Source: Cytophagaceae bacterium
GTDB taxonomy: Bacteria > Bacteroidota > Bacteroidia > Cytophagales > Spirosomataceae
Assembly (NCBI GenBank): GCA_947486835.1
Contig: CANKVC010000001.1
Location: 1-57,330 of the forward strand
DNA: 57,330 nucleotides
Direction: 5' to 3'
The notes under the pieces were generated by a model. That model searched no databases. It saw only the letters and a program-made list of their open reading frames with translations, and was not told the origin of the DNA. The position numbers and the translations under genes are program-made. Every line of letters starts with the position of its first letter. Position 1 is the first letter of the stretch. Of this stretch, positions 32,620 to 41,734 are shown piece by piece.

Positions 32620-32765
32620 TGTAGGGTGATGAAATTGGCAGACGTGCCCTCCTGTCTCGGGGGTGGTGATTCTGGGATAAACGCGGCATAACGGGTTGAC
32701 CACTAAGTTAGTTCTGTGTCGTGGCTAACCACATCTTGGAGGTTCGAATCCTTCTCCTACAGCCA
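32620..32765 (+). ncRNA. 146-nt tRNA-Asp(GUC)-like RNA with 74-nt variable domain and encoded CCA
   Basis: Acceptor TGTAGGG/TCCTACA-G-CCA; D-arm ATG-AAATTGGCAGA-CGT; anticodon arm CCCTC-CTGTCTC-GGGGG (GTC at 32654-32656); insert 32664-32737; T-arm GGAGG-TTCGAAT-CCTTC. Confidence 0.9.
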
Positions 32766-32798
32766 TAAGTTTTTAGTTTGTTGATGAAGTGTAATGTT

Positions 32799-32829
32799 AA
32801 AAGCAATCCTATTTTAGGATTGCTTTTTT
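32799..32829 (+). terminator. Rho-independent terminator after the tRNA-like RNA
   Basis: AAAAGCAATCCT-ATTTT-AGGATTGCTTTTTT. Confidence 0.88.
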
Positions 32830-32887
32830 ATTTGGTATAAAGTCTATAAATTGAGTAGAGAAATTTAACCTTTTAAATGATATCAAC

Positions 32888-33523
32888 ATGAGTTTACGTT
32901 TAGGTGACATCGCACCCGATTTCCAAGCGGAATCAACTTTAGGGCACATATCCTTCCATAATTGGATCGGAGATTCATGGGCATTGTTTTTTAGCCACCC
33001 TGCTGATTTTACTCCAGTATGTACAACTGAATTAGGTAAAACAGCACTTCTTAATGGAGAATTTACTAAAAGAGGAGTAAAAGCAATTGCCATATCCGTA
33101 GACTCCTTAGAATCTCACAATAAATGGGTACCTGATATCGAGGAGGTTAATTCAGTACAAATGAATTTTCCAATTATTGCAGATCCAGAAAAGAAAGTAG
33201 CATTACTATACGATATGATTCACCCAAATGCATCTGAAAAAGCAACGGTAAGATCTGTATTTATTATAGGACCAGACAAAAAAATAAAGTTGACATTAAC
33301 CTATCCAGCCTCTACAGGTAGAAATTTTACAGAAATTTTACGCGTTATTGATTCTCTACAACTAACGGCAAACTACCAAGTAGCCACACCAGCAGACTGG
33401 GTGAATGGAGAAGATGTTATTATTACACCAGCCGTATCTGATGCTGATGCAGTGGCGAAATTTCCTAAGGGATTTACCAGTGTTAAACCATATTTGAGAA
33501 AAACACCTCAACCGAACTTGTAA
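32888..33523 (+). CDS. 1-Cys peroxiredoxin (Prx6 family)
   Basis: FSHPADFTPVCTTELG, YPASTGRNF, ATPADW, PYLR. Confidence 0.95.
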   Translation: MSLRLGDIAPDFQAESTLGHISFHNWIGDSWALFFSHPADFTPVCTTELGKTALLNGEFTKRGVKAIAISVDSLESHNKWVPDIEEVNSVQMNFPIIADPEKKVALLYDMIHPNASEKATVRSVFIIGPDKKIKLTLTYPASTGRNFTEILRVIDSLQLTANYQVATPADWVNGEDVIITPAVSDADAVAKFPKGFTSVKPYLRKTPQPNL

Positions 33524-33544
33524 ACTTGTAAGATTCTAATTTTT

Positions 33545-33584
33545 AAAAGGAGAATTTGGCCATCATGTCATGCTCCTTTTTTTT
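33545..33584 (+). terminator. Probable terminator after peroxiredoxin
   Basis: AAAAGGAG...CTCCTTTTTTTT with an interrupted inner stem. Confidence 0.6.
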
Positions 33585-33640
33585 ATACTCAATCCATTAA
33601 AATTTCTTAATTTCGCCAAAGTAAAAACAATCATTTTATT

Positions 33641-35290
33641 ATGCTTTCCAACCAAGATTTCACAAAGACGCCAGCTTTTAATCATTTAAGAAATGACTTT
33701 AATAGACTTCATTCAACTACTATCAAAAGCTTATTTGATGCAAATGAACAAAGGCAAAACGAATTCAGTCTAGCATTTAACGATCTATTTTTCGATTTCT
33801 CTAAAAACATATTAGATAAAGAAGCGTTCACTCATTTAATTGAGCTAGCTCATCAGACAGGCTTAAAATCAGCTATTAATTCTCAGTTTTCAGGTGATGT
33901 GATCAATGTAACCGAAAACAGATCAGTTCTACATACAGCACTAAGAGCTAACACCACATCAGAAATACTGATTGACGGCAAAAATATTATGCTCGATATT
34001 CAATTGGTAAAAAATCAAATGAAAGACTTTTGTGAACAAGTTATTCATGGACTATGGAAAGGATATACAGGAAAACCGATTACCGATGTAGTAAATATTG
34101 GAATTGGAGGTTCTGATTTAGGCCCCGTAATGGTAACTGAAGCATTAAAAGCGTATAAGAATCAGTTAAATATACATTTTGTCAGCAATGTCGACGGTAC
34201 GCATATCTCCGAAACAATTAAAAAAATAAATCCAGAAACAACTTTGTTTTTAATTGCCTCAAAAACTTTTACGACGCAAGAAACAATGGCCAATGCATTT
34301 TCAGCTAGAAATTGGTTTTTAGCTGAAGCAAAAGACATGAAACATGTTGCAAAACATTTTGTAGCGATGTCGACCAATAAAACAGAAGTAGAAAAGTTCG
34401 GAATTGATGCTCAGAATATGTTTGTATTTTGGGATTGGGTGGGTGGTAGATATTCTCTATGGTCAGCTATTGGACTTTCTATTGCACTAAGTATCGGATT
34501 TGATAATTTTGAACTCTTGTTATCAGGGGCTAATGAAATGGATGTTCATTTCGCTACAGCATCTTTTGAAAATAACATTCCAGTCATATTAGCTTTATTA
34601 GGTATATGGTATACACAATTCTTTAATTCCAATACACACGCTATTTTACCTTATGATCAATACATGCATCGTTTTGCAGCTTATTTCCAACAAGGTGATA
34701 TGGAATCGAATGGTAAATCTGTGGATCGCAATGGGAATCGTGTTAATTATCCCACAGGGCCTGTAATATGGGGTGAGCCAGGAACGAATGGCCAACATGC
34801 GTTTTATCAATTAATACACCAAGGAACTCAATTGATCCCCGCAGATTTCATTGCACCAGCCATAACACACAATAAAATCGGAAACCACCACACTTTATTG
34901 ATGTCTAATTTTTTTGCTCAAACAGAGGCTTTAATGAACGGGAAAACAAAAAAGGAAGTTGACGCAGAGCTACAAAAAGCAGGTTTATCCACAGAACAAA
35001 TAAATAAACTCAGTCCATTTAAGGTTTTTGAAGGAAATAGGCCAACCAACTCCATTTTAGTCAAGCAAATTACTCCTAAAACTTTAGGCTCATTAATCGC
35101 TATGTATGAACACAAAATATTTGTACAAGGGGTTATTTGGAATATATTCAGCTATGATCAATGGGGAGTTGAATTAGGAAAACAATTAGCTAACTCCATA
35201 TTACCTGAATTAGAAAACGATCAAGAAATTAATTCTCACGATAGCTCAACAAACGGGTTGATCAACAAATTTAAAGCGTGGAGGTCTTAA
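33641..35290 (+). CDS. pgi: Glucose-6-phosphate isomerase
   Basis: [47 protein letters not shown]. Confidence 0.98.
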   Translation: MLSNQDFTKTPAFNHLRNDFNRLHSTTIKSLFDANEQRQNEFSLAFNDLFFDFSKNILDKEAFTHLIELAHQTGLKSAINSQFSGDVINVTENRSVLHTALRANTTSEILIDGKNIMLDIQLVKNQMKDFCEQVIHGLWKGYTGKPITDVVNIGIGGSDLGPVMVTEALKAYKNQLNIHFVSNVDGTHISETIKKINPETTLFLIASKTFTTQETMANAFSARNWFLAEAKDMKHVAKHFVAMSTNKTEVEKFGIDAQNMFVFWDWVGGRYSLWSAIGLSIALSIGFDNFELLLSGANEMDVHFATASFENNIPVILALLGIWYTQFFNSNTHAILPYDQYMHRFAAYFQQGDMESNGKSVDRNGNRVNYPTGPVIWGEPGTNGQHAFYQLIHQGTQLIPADFIAPAITHNKIGNHHTLLMSNFFAQTEALMNGKTKKEVDAELQKAGLSTEQINKLSPFKVFEGNRPTNSILVKQITPKTLGSLIAMYEHKIFVQGVIWNIFSYDQWGVELGKQLANSILPELENDQEINSHDSSTNGLINKFKAWRS

Positions 35291-36636
35291 GATAATCTTT
35301 GAACTAGCTCAGACAAGTTAAGTTCTTCTTGGGTTCCACTAATCATATCCTTTAGTGAAATTAAACCAGATTTAATTTCTTCTGAACCGATTACTGCCAC
35401 AAATCGAATTCCTTTTTTGTCTGCGTATTCAAATGACTTTTTGATTTTAGTCAAGTCTGGGTAAACCTCACATGAAATTCCATTTGATCGTAATGAATTA
35501 GCTAAACCTATACATTTCAATTGGCCTTCTAAATCAAAATAAGTAAACAATACTTGGCATGCACTAGAATTTACCGAAGGCAATAAATTCAAGGTGTCCA
35601 TCACATCGATAATCCTTTCTATACCAAAAGAAATCCCAACTCCCGACATGTTAGGTAAACCAAAGGAACTTGTTAAATTATCATAGCGCCCCCCTCCTAC
35701 AATACTGCCGAAAGCAAGATCGACTGCCTTCCCTTCAAAAATAAGACCCGTATAGTAAGACAATCCGCGCGCTAATTTGACGTCAAAAATAAGGTTCGAT
35801 TGGTCTGCAGAAAAGGAAAGAACATCTTCTATCTCTTTTAATCCAGCCATACCGATCTCAGATTGAGCTAAAAATGATTTTAAATTAATTATTTTTTGAT
35901 CATTAGTTCCTTCAAACTCAATGATTACTTTAAGTTTATTCAATTTATCAGTTTCAAATCCTTGCGCTAATAATTCATTTTGAACAACATCCCATCCAAC
36001 CTTGTCTAATTTATCTAAAGCGATTGCAAAAGAAGAGAATTTATCCATCATCCCTAAAACGTCCACAATTCCTGTCAATACTTTTCTGGAATTAATTAAT
36101 AATTGGACGTTTAAGTTTAACTCCGAAAAAATAGCTTGGAATAAAGAAACTAATTCCGCTTCATTGATTAAAGAATCAGAACCCACTATATCCGCATCAC
36201 ATTGATAAAATTCCCTATATCTACCTTTTTGAGGTCTATCTGCTCTCCAAACAGGCTGTATCTGATAACGTTTAAACGGAAATGCCAATTCACTCCTATT
36301 CATGGAAACAAAACGAGCAAAAGGTACAGTTAAATCATACCTTAAACCCTTTTCAGTTATCTTTTGGGAAAAGTTTTTAAAACCCAAGTCAATATCATTT
36401 GGGGTTACGTCTTTTAAGAAATCACCTGAATTCAATATCTTAAAAAGCAATTGATCACCTTCATCACCATATTTACCCATTAAAGTGGATAAATTTTCAA
36501 TAGATGGAGTTTCAATATTTTGGAAACCAAAACGTTCAAAATGCTTTTTGATTATTGAAAAAACATAATTCCTTTTGACCATTTCTTTTGGCCCAAAATC
36601 TCTAGTTCCCCTTGCGTTGCTTGGCTTTTGCATCAT
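35287..36636 (-). CDS. hisS: Histidyl-tRNA synthetase
   Basis: [57 protein letters not shown]. Confidence 0.97.
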   Translation of the reverse strand: MMQKPSNARGTRDFGPKEMVKRNYVFSIIKKHFERFGFQNIETPSIENLSTLMGKYGDEGDQLLFKILNSGDFLKDVTPNDIDLGFKNFSQKITEKGLRYDLTVPFARFVSMNRSELAFPFKRYQIQPVWRADRPQKGRYREFYQCDADIVGSDSLINEAELVSLFQAIFSELNLNVQLLINSRKVLTGIVDVLGMMDKFSSFAIALDKLDKVGWDVVQNELLAQGFETDKLNKLKVIIEFEGTNDQKIINLKSFLAQSEIGMAGLKEIEDVLSFSADQSNLIFDVKLARGLSYYTGLIFEGKAVDLAFGSIVGGGRYDNLTSSFGLPNMSGVGISFGIERIIDVMDTLNLLPSVNSSACQVLFTYFDLEGQLKCIGLANSLRSNGISCEVYPDLTKIKKSFEYADKKGIRFVAVIGSEEIKSGLISLKDMISGTQEELNLSELVQRLS

Positions 36637-36673
36637 ATATAAAAAACAAAATTAATTAATTATGCTTAATATT

Positions 36674-36704
36674 TTTGATAAATAACCTAGAATAGCTATT
36701 TTTG
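36674..36704 (+). promoter_or_regulatory. -33/-7 promoter of small basic ORF
   Basis: TTTG (36674-36677), 19-nt spacer, TATTTTTG (36697-36704). Confidence 0.65.
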
Positions 36705-36723
36705 CATACCAAATTTTAAAGAC

Positions 36724-36867
36724 ATGGCTGTAACAAGATTAAAACGTAAAGACAGAAGAAATAAGGCAGTAGCTAACAACAAGGTAGCCGCTATCAAAAT
36801 TTTAAAACGTAGACCAATTATCAAATTGGTGGATGTAGAAGAAATCAAAGCTACTTTTAATAAGTAA
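36724..36867 (+). CDS. 47-aa highly basic small protein (not in ORF track)
   Basis: MAVTRLKRKDRRNKAVANNKVAAIKILKRRPIIKLVDVEEIKATFNK*; 15 K/R versus 4 D/E; own promoter and terminator. Confidence 0.8.
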   Translation: MAVTRLKRKDRRNKAVANNKVAAIKILKRRPIIKLVDVEEIKATFNK

Positions 36868-36886
36868 TTTTTATATCTTTATATTT

Positions 36887-36912
36887 AAACCGGTTTTTAC
36901 CGGTTTTTTTTT
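36887..36912 (+). terminator. Rho-independent terminator after small ORF
   Basis: AAACCGGT-TTTT-ACCGGTTT followed by a T run. Confidence 0.8.
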
Positions 36913-36933
36913 ATCTAAAACCTACTAAACAAA

Positions 36934-37695
36934 ATGAAAAAGACCCTCTTCGTACTATCTATTTCGATTTTCACATTAGCGTTTAATGTTAAAGCTCAAG
37001 ATCATCGACATGCAGTAGTAAATCCAACAAATCCAGAAATCACAGAATATTGGGATCCTGAGGTTAAAGTTATTACACCTGGTTCAATTCCATCTGATGC
37101 CATTATTTTATTTGACGGAAAAGATTTAAGCAATTGGGAATCAGCAAAAGATGGTTCACCTGCTTTATGGAAGGTAGATCCTGCAGAAAAGTCAATGACG
37201 GTTGTTGGCAAAACTGGCAATATATCAACTAAGCAAAAATTTGAGAACTATCAATTACATATTGAATGGAGATCCCCTATGGAGCCTGATACTAAAAAAA
37301 GTCAAGGCAAAGGAAATAGTGGTGTTTTCATGCAAGGAATGTATGAAGTACAAGTAATGAACTCGTATCAAAATAGAACGTATCGCAATGGACAAGCTGG
37401 AAGTATTTACAAGCAAAGTGCTCCATTGGTTAATGCTACATCTAAAATGGGCGAATGGAATACTTACGATATCATTTATACGGCTCCTAAATTCACAATT
37501 AATGGTGGAATCGACACCCCTGCTTATGTAACTGTAATTCATAATGGAGTTGTTGTACAAAATCATACTAAAATTCAAGGAACTACTGAATATATAGGCC
37601 AGCCTAAAAACCCAGTACATGGACCAGGACCTATCAGCTTACAAGATCATGGAAATCAAGTAAGTTTTCGAAATATATGGATTCGAGAAATGTAA
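36934..37695 (+). CDS. Secreted DUF1080 (3-keto-disaccharide hydrolase) family protein
   Basis: Signal peptide (VKA-Q), LFDGKDLSNW, GNSGVF, YEVQV, LQDHG, FRNIWIRE. Confidence 0.9.
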   Translation: MKKTLFVLSISIFTLAFNVKAQDHRHAVVNPTNPEITEYWDPEVKVITPGSIPSDAIILFDGKDLSNWESAKDGSPALWKVDPAEKSMTVVGKTGNISTKQKFENYQLHIEWRSPMEPDTKKSQGKGNSGVFMQGMYEVQVMNSYQNRTYRNGQAGSIYKQSAPLVNATSKMGEWNTYDIIYTAPKFTINGGIDTPAYVTVIHNGVVVQNHTKIQGTTEYIGQPKNPVHGPGPISLQDHGNQVSFRNIWIREM

Positions 37696-37714
37696 AAAGA
37701 TCTAAATTTTAATT

Positions 37715-37752
37715 AAGGAAGGTTTTTTTATCAAAAAAACCTTCCTTTTTTT
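37715..37752 (+). terminator. Terminator hairpin after DUF1080 gene
   Basis: AAGGAAGGTTTTTTT-ATC-AAAAAAACCTTCCTT followed by a T run. Confidence 0.8.
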
Positions 37753-37757
37753 GTTAT

Positions 37758-38522
37758 ATGAAATATTTAATTAGCTGGGTTTTAAGAAATATCCCACGAA
37801 AATTCATTCAATTATTTGCTCATAAATTAATCAAACTATATAGCTTGATTTTAATTGGCGATCAAGTTCATTGCCCAATTTGCAATAAATCATTCCGTAA
37901 GTTTTTGCCTTATGGGAGAATGTTTCCTCGTGAAAATGCTTTATGTCCTTCCTGTTTAAGTTTAGAAAGACATCGATTAATGCATTTATTTCTAAAAAAC
38001 GAGACTAATTATTACACCAGCAAACCTAAAGTATTGCATATAGCTCCTGAATATTGCTTTATTGATCGATTTGAAAAATATCTGGGTGATAATTATATAA
38101 CGGCTGATATTGAATCCCCTTTAGCTAAGGTAAAAATGGATCTTCACCACATACCCTTTGAGGATAACTCGTTTGATGTAGTTTTTTGCAACCATGTACT
38201 TGAACATGTGAAAGATGATGTCCAATGTATGAGAGAAATAAGGCGCGTACTTAAAAGTGACGGTTTTGCTCTTTGCCAAAGTCCTCAAAGGTATGACCTA
38301 GAAACAACCTATGAAGATGCCAGTATAACGGACCCAAAAGAACGGGAAAAGCATTTTTTGCAAGATGATCATCTACGAATTTATGGAAGAGACTATGGGG
38401 ATCAATTAAAATCTTCAGGTTTCAACGTTGAAGAAGTTAGTATGGTAGAGAAAATTGGCCTAATTGAAGCAAAAAAAATGGCTTTGCCATTAGAAGAAAT
38501 TATATATTTATGTAAAAAATAA
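37758..38522 (+). CDS. Class I SAM-dependent methyltransferase with N-terminal Zn ribbon
   Basis: CPIC...CPSC-LSLERHR, LHIAPE, FDVVFCNHVLEHV. Confidence 0.85.
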   Translation: MKYLISWVLRNIPRKFIQLFAHKLIKLYSLILIGDQVHCPICNKSFRKFLPYGRMFPRENALCPSCLSLERHRLMHLFLKNETNYYTSKPKVLHIAPEYCFIDRFEKYLGDNYITADIESPLAKVKMDLHHIPFEDNSFDVVFCNHVLEHVKDDVQCMREIRRVLKSDGFALCQSPQRYDLETTYEDASITDPKEREKHFLQDDHLRIYGRDYGDQLKSSGFNVEEVSMVEKIGLIEAKKMALPLEEIIYLCKK

Positions 38523-38523
38523 T

Positions 38524-39813
38524 ATGCGCTACGAAAAACTGTCGTCAACATTATTTATAAAAAATAGGGCAAAATTAATTGAATTACTGCCCCCTAAATC
38601 CATGGTTATCATTAGTTCTAATGATATCATGCCAACTAACGCAGATGGCACAATGGGATTTAAGCAGAATTCCGACTTGTATTATTTATCAGGATTAGAC
38701 CAAGAAGAAACCTTATTAATACTTTACCCAGATGCACCTGAAGATCAATATAAGGAAATAGCGTTTGTCAAGGAGACTTCTGAGCTAATTGAAATTTGGG
38801 AAGGACATAAATTCACAAAACAAGAAGCCATTGAAATCTCAGGAATCAAAAATATTCAATGGACCAGTAATTTTGAGCAAGTTCTTAAAACCATCATTTA
38901 TAGTGCTGAGCAAATCTATTTAATTGACAACGAGCATATTCGAAATAGCTCTTTGGTTGAAACTCAAAATGATCGCTTGAACTTAGAAATAAAGGAGAAA
39001 TATCCGTTACACAAGATCGAAAGGCTGGCTCCATTATTGAATATCATCCGCATGCAAAAGGAAACTATTGAAATAGAAGCCTTACAAAAAGCCATCGACA
39101 TTACTGAAAAAGCATTTAGAAGAATATTGAAATTCACAAAACCTGGTGTATTTGAGTATGAAGTGGAAGCTGAATTCATTCATGAGTTTATCAAAAATCG
39201 TAGTAATGGCTTTGCCTATACTCCTATTATTGCCTCCGGTTCAAATGCATGTGTTCTTCATTATATTGAAAATACATTAGCATGTAAAGATGGGGATATG
39301 CTTTTGCTAGATGTAGGAGCTTGTTATGCGAATTACAATGCTGACATGACTAGAACAATTCCGGTCAATGGTCGGTTTACCAAAAGACAAAAACAAGTTT
39401 ACGAAGCGGTGCATGATGTCTTGAATTTTGCTACCCAAATCATGACTTCAGGGACATATTGGGTAGATTATCAAAAAGAAGTAGAGAAATACATGGAAAG
39501 TAAACTGATCGATTTAGGTTTATTTACGCGAAATGATGTTGAAAAGCAAGATAAACACCAACCATTATTTAAAAAATACTTCATGCATGGAGTTGCGCAC
39601 CATTTAGGCATAGATGTGCATGATGTTTGGGATAAATATAAACCATTTGCTTCTGGCATGGTTTTAACTTGTGAACCTGGAATTTATATCAGAGAAGAAG
39701 GGCTAGGAATTAGATTAGAAAATAATTTATTGATCACTGATAAAGGAGCCGTAAATTTGATGAATAATATCCCAATTCATTGGGAAGAAATTGAAACTTT
39801 AATGAATTCTTAA
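38524..39813 (+). CDS. pepP: Xaa-Pro aminopeptidase (M24B)
   Basis: FKQNSDLYYLSG, NACVLHY, DVGA, ADMTRT, HGVAHHLGIDVHD, EPGIY, GIRLE. Confidence 0.9.
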   Translation: MRYEKLSSTLFIKNRAKLIELLPPKSMVIISSNDIMPTNADGTMGFKQNSDLYYLSGLDQEETLLILYPDAPEDQYKEIAFVKETSELIEIWEGHKFTKQEAIEISGIKNIQWTSNFEQVLKTIIYSAEQIYLIDNEHIRNSSLVETQNDRLNLEIKEKYPLHKIERLAPLLNIIRMQKETIEIEALQKAIDITEKAFRRILKFTKPGVFEYEVEAEFIHEFIKNRSNGFAYTPIIASGSNACVLHYIENTLACKDGDMLLLDVGACYANYNADMTRTIPVNGRFTKRQKQVYEAVHDVLNFATQIMTSGTYWVDYQKEVEKYMESKLIDLGLFTRNDVEKQDKHQPLFKKYFMHGVAHHLGIDVHDVWDKYKPFASGMVLTCEPGIYIREEGLGIRLENNLLITDKGAVNLMNNIPIHWEEIETLMNS

Positions 39814-39874
39814 AATGAATCATTTTCAATTTAAGATTCAATTTAAATAAACAAATTATTAGTAAATAATATTA

Positions 39875-41662
39875 ATGAAAAACCTTCGAAATTTTTGCAT
39901 CATCGCACATATTGATCATGGTAAAAGTACTCTGGCTGACCGATTAATTGAATTCACCAATACGGTTCAAAAGAGGGATATGATGCATCAATTATTGGAT
40001 GACATGGATTTAGAAAGAGAAAGAGGGATTACCATCAAGTCTCATGCGATTCAAATGCAATATCCAAAAGACGGAGAAATATACACGCTTAATTTAATTG
40101 ATACACCGGGCCACGTAGATTTCTCTTATGAAGTTTCAAGATCTATCGCGGCTTGCGAAGGTGCATTGTTAATTGTGGATGCATCGCAGGGAATTGAGGC
40201 ACAGACGATTTCAAACTTGTACTTAGCCATCAATCACGATTTAGAAATTATCCCCGTTTTGAACAAAATTGATCTTCCTGGGGCAATGCCTGATGATGTT
40301 TCAGATCAAATCATTGATTTAATAGGTTGTAAAAAAGAAGATATTATTCATGCGTCTGGAAAGGAAGGAATCGGGATACAAGATATTTTAGATGCTGTCA
40401 TCGCTAGAATTCCATCGCCAAAGGGTGATCCAGAAGCGCCATTACAAGCACTTATTTTTGATTCAACTTTTAATTCCTACAGAGGTATTGAAGTCATATT
40501 CAGAGTATATAATGGAGAAATTAGGAAAGGAGATCGGGTTAAATTCCTAAATACAGGAAAAGAATATTTTGCAGATGAAATTGGCACATTAGGTTTAGAG
40601 CAAGAACCAAAAGCACTCATTAAAACCGGTGATGTGGGATACTTAATTTCAGGTATTAAAGAAGCAAAAGAGGTAAAAGTAGGTGATACGATCACCCATG
40701 TATCAAATCCATGTAAATTAGCAATACAAGGATTTGAAGAAGTAAAACCCATGGTGTTTGCGGGAATTTATCCAGTAGAAACATCCGAATTTGAGGATTT
40801 AAGGGATGCCATGGAAAAGCTCCAATTAAATGATGCCTCTCTTGTGTGGGAGCCAGAAACTTCCATGGCCTTAGGTTTTGGTTTTAGATGCGGGTTTCTA
40901 GGGATGCTGCACATGGAAATTGTACAGGAAAGACTTGAGAGAGAGTTTGATATGACGGTTATTACGACTGTTCCATCGGTGAAATTTAAAGTACTTACTA
41001 CAGCTGGTGAAACAGAATGGGTTTCTGCGCCAAGCGAATTACCGGAACCTAATTTGATCAATATCATAGAAGAGCCTTATATCAAAGCACAAATTATTAC
41101 CAAATCTGAATATACAGGGGTAATTATGAGTTTGTGCATGGATAAGCGTGGGATATTAAAAAATCAAATTTATTTAACGACTGACCGAGTAGAATTAACA
41201 TTTGACATGCCATTGTCTGAAGTTGTTTTTGACTTTTTTGATCGTTTAAAAACGATTTCAAGGGGTTATGCGTCTTTGGACTATGAATATAAAGGATACG
41301 AACCAGGTGAAATGGTTAAATTAGATATTATGTTGAATGGCGAAAAAGTGGATGCATTATCTGCCATTGTACATCGAGATAAAGCGTATGATTGGGGTAA
41401 AAGATTGTGTGAGAAATTAAGGGAGTTATTGCCGCGCCAACAATTTGAAATAGCTATTCAGGCGGCTATAGGCCAAAAAATAATTGCCAGAGAAACTGTT
41501 AAGGCATTACGAAAAGATGTATTAGCCAAGTGTTATGGAGGTGATATTTCCAGAAAACGTAAATTACTAGAAAAACAAAAGAAAGGTAAAAAGAGAATGA
41601 GGCAGGTAGGAAATGTAGAAATTCCTCAAGAAGCCTTTATGGCTGTCTTGAAATTAGATTAA
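39875..41662 (+). CDS. lepA: Elongation factor 4
   Basis: [49 protein letters not shown]. Confidence 0.99.
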   Translation: MKNLRNFCIIAHIDHGKSTLADRLIEFTNTVQKRDMMHQLLDDMDLERERGITIKSHAIQMQYPKDGEIYTLNLIDTPGHVDFSYEVSRSIAACEGALLIVDASQGIEAQTISNLYLAINHDLEIIPVLNKIDLPGAMPDDVSDQIIDLIGCKKEDIIHASGKEGIGIQDILDAVIARIPSPKGDPEAPLQALIFDSTFNSYRGIEVIFRVYNGEIRKGDRVKFLNTGKEYFADEIGTLGLEQEPKALIKTGDVGYLISGIKEAKEVKVGDTITHVSNPCKLAIQGFEEVKPMVFAGIYPVETSEFEDLRDAMEKLQLNDASLVWEPETSMALGFGFRCGFLGMLHMEIVQERLEREFDMTVITTVPSVKFKVLTTAGETEWVSAPSELPEPNLINIIEEPYIKAQIITKSEYTGVIMSLCMDKRGILKNQIYLTTDRVELTFDMPLSEVVFDFFDRLKTISRGYASLDYEYKGYEPGEMVKLDIMLNGEKVDALSAIVHRDKAYDWGKRLCEKLRELLPRQQFEIAIQAAIGQKIIARETVKALRKDVLAKCYGGDISRKRKLLEKQKKGKKRMRQVGNVEIPQEAFMAVLKLD

Positions 41663-41734
41663 GACAAATAATTTTTTATAAATAATTTTAAAAGAAGCGT
41701 TTATAGCGTATTTTTGAGATTCAAAATAAATAAG

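Noticed and set aside
32620-32765. The tRNA-like RNA as selC, a UGA suppressor for gltB, tmRNA, or a group I intron-containing tRNA
   Set aside because: The anticodon is GUC, not UCA, and the acceptor stem is 7 bp. It lacks G3:U70/A73 and a tag ORF and has a full anticodon arm. The 74-nt insert is too short for a self-splicing intron and is not in the anticodon loop.
33558-33570. GGCCA-TCA-TGTCA as a third activator box upstream of pgi
   Set aside because: Imperfect match inside a terminator-like hairpin, with no adjacent -24/-12 element.
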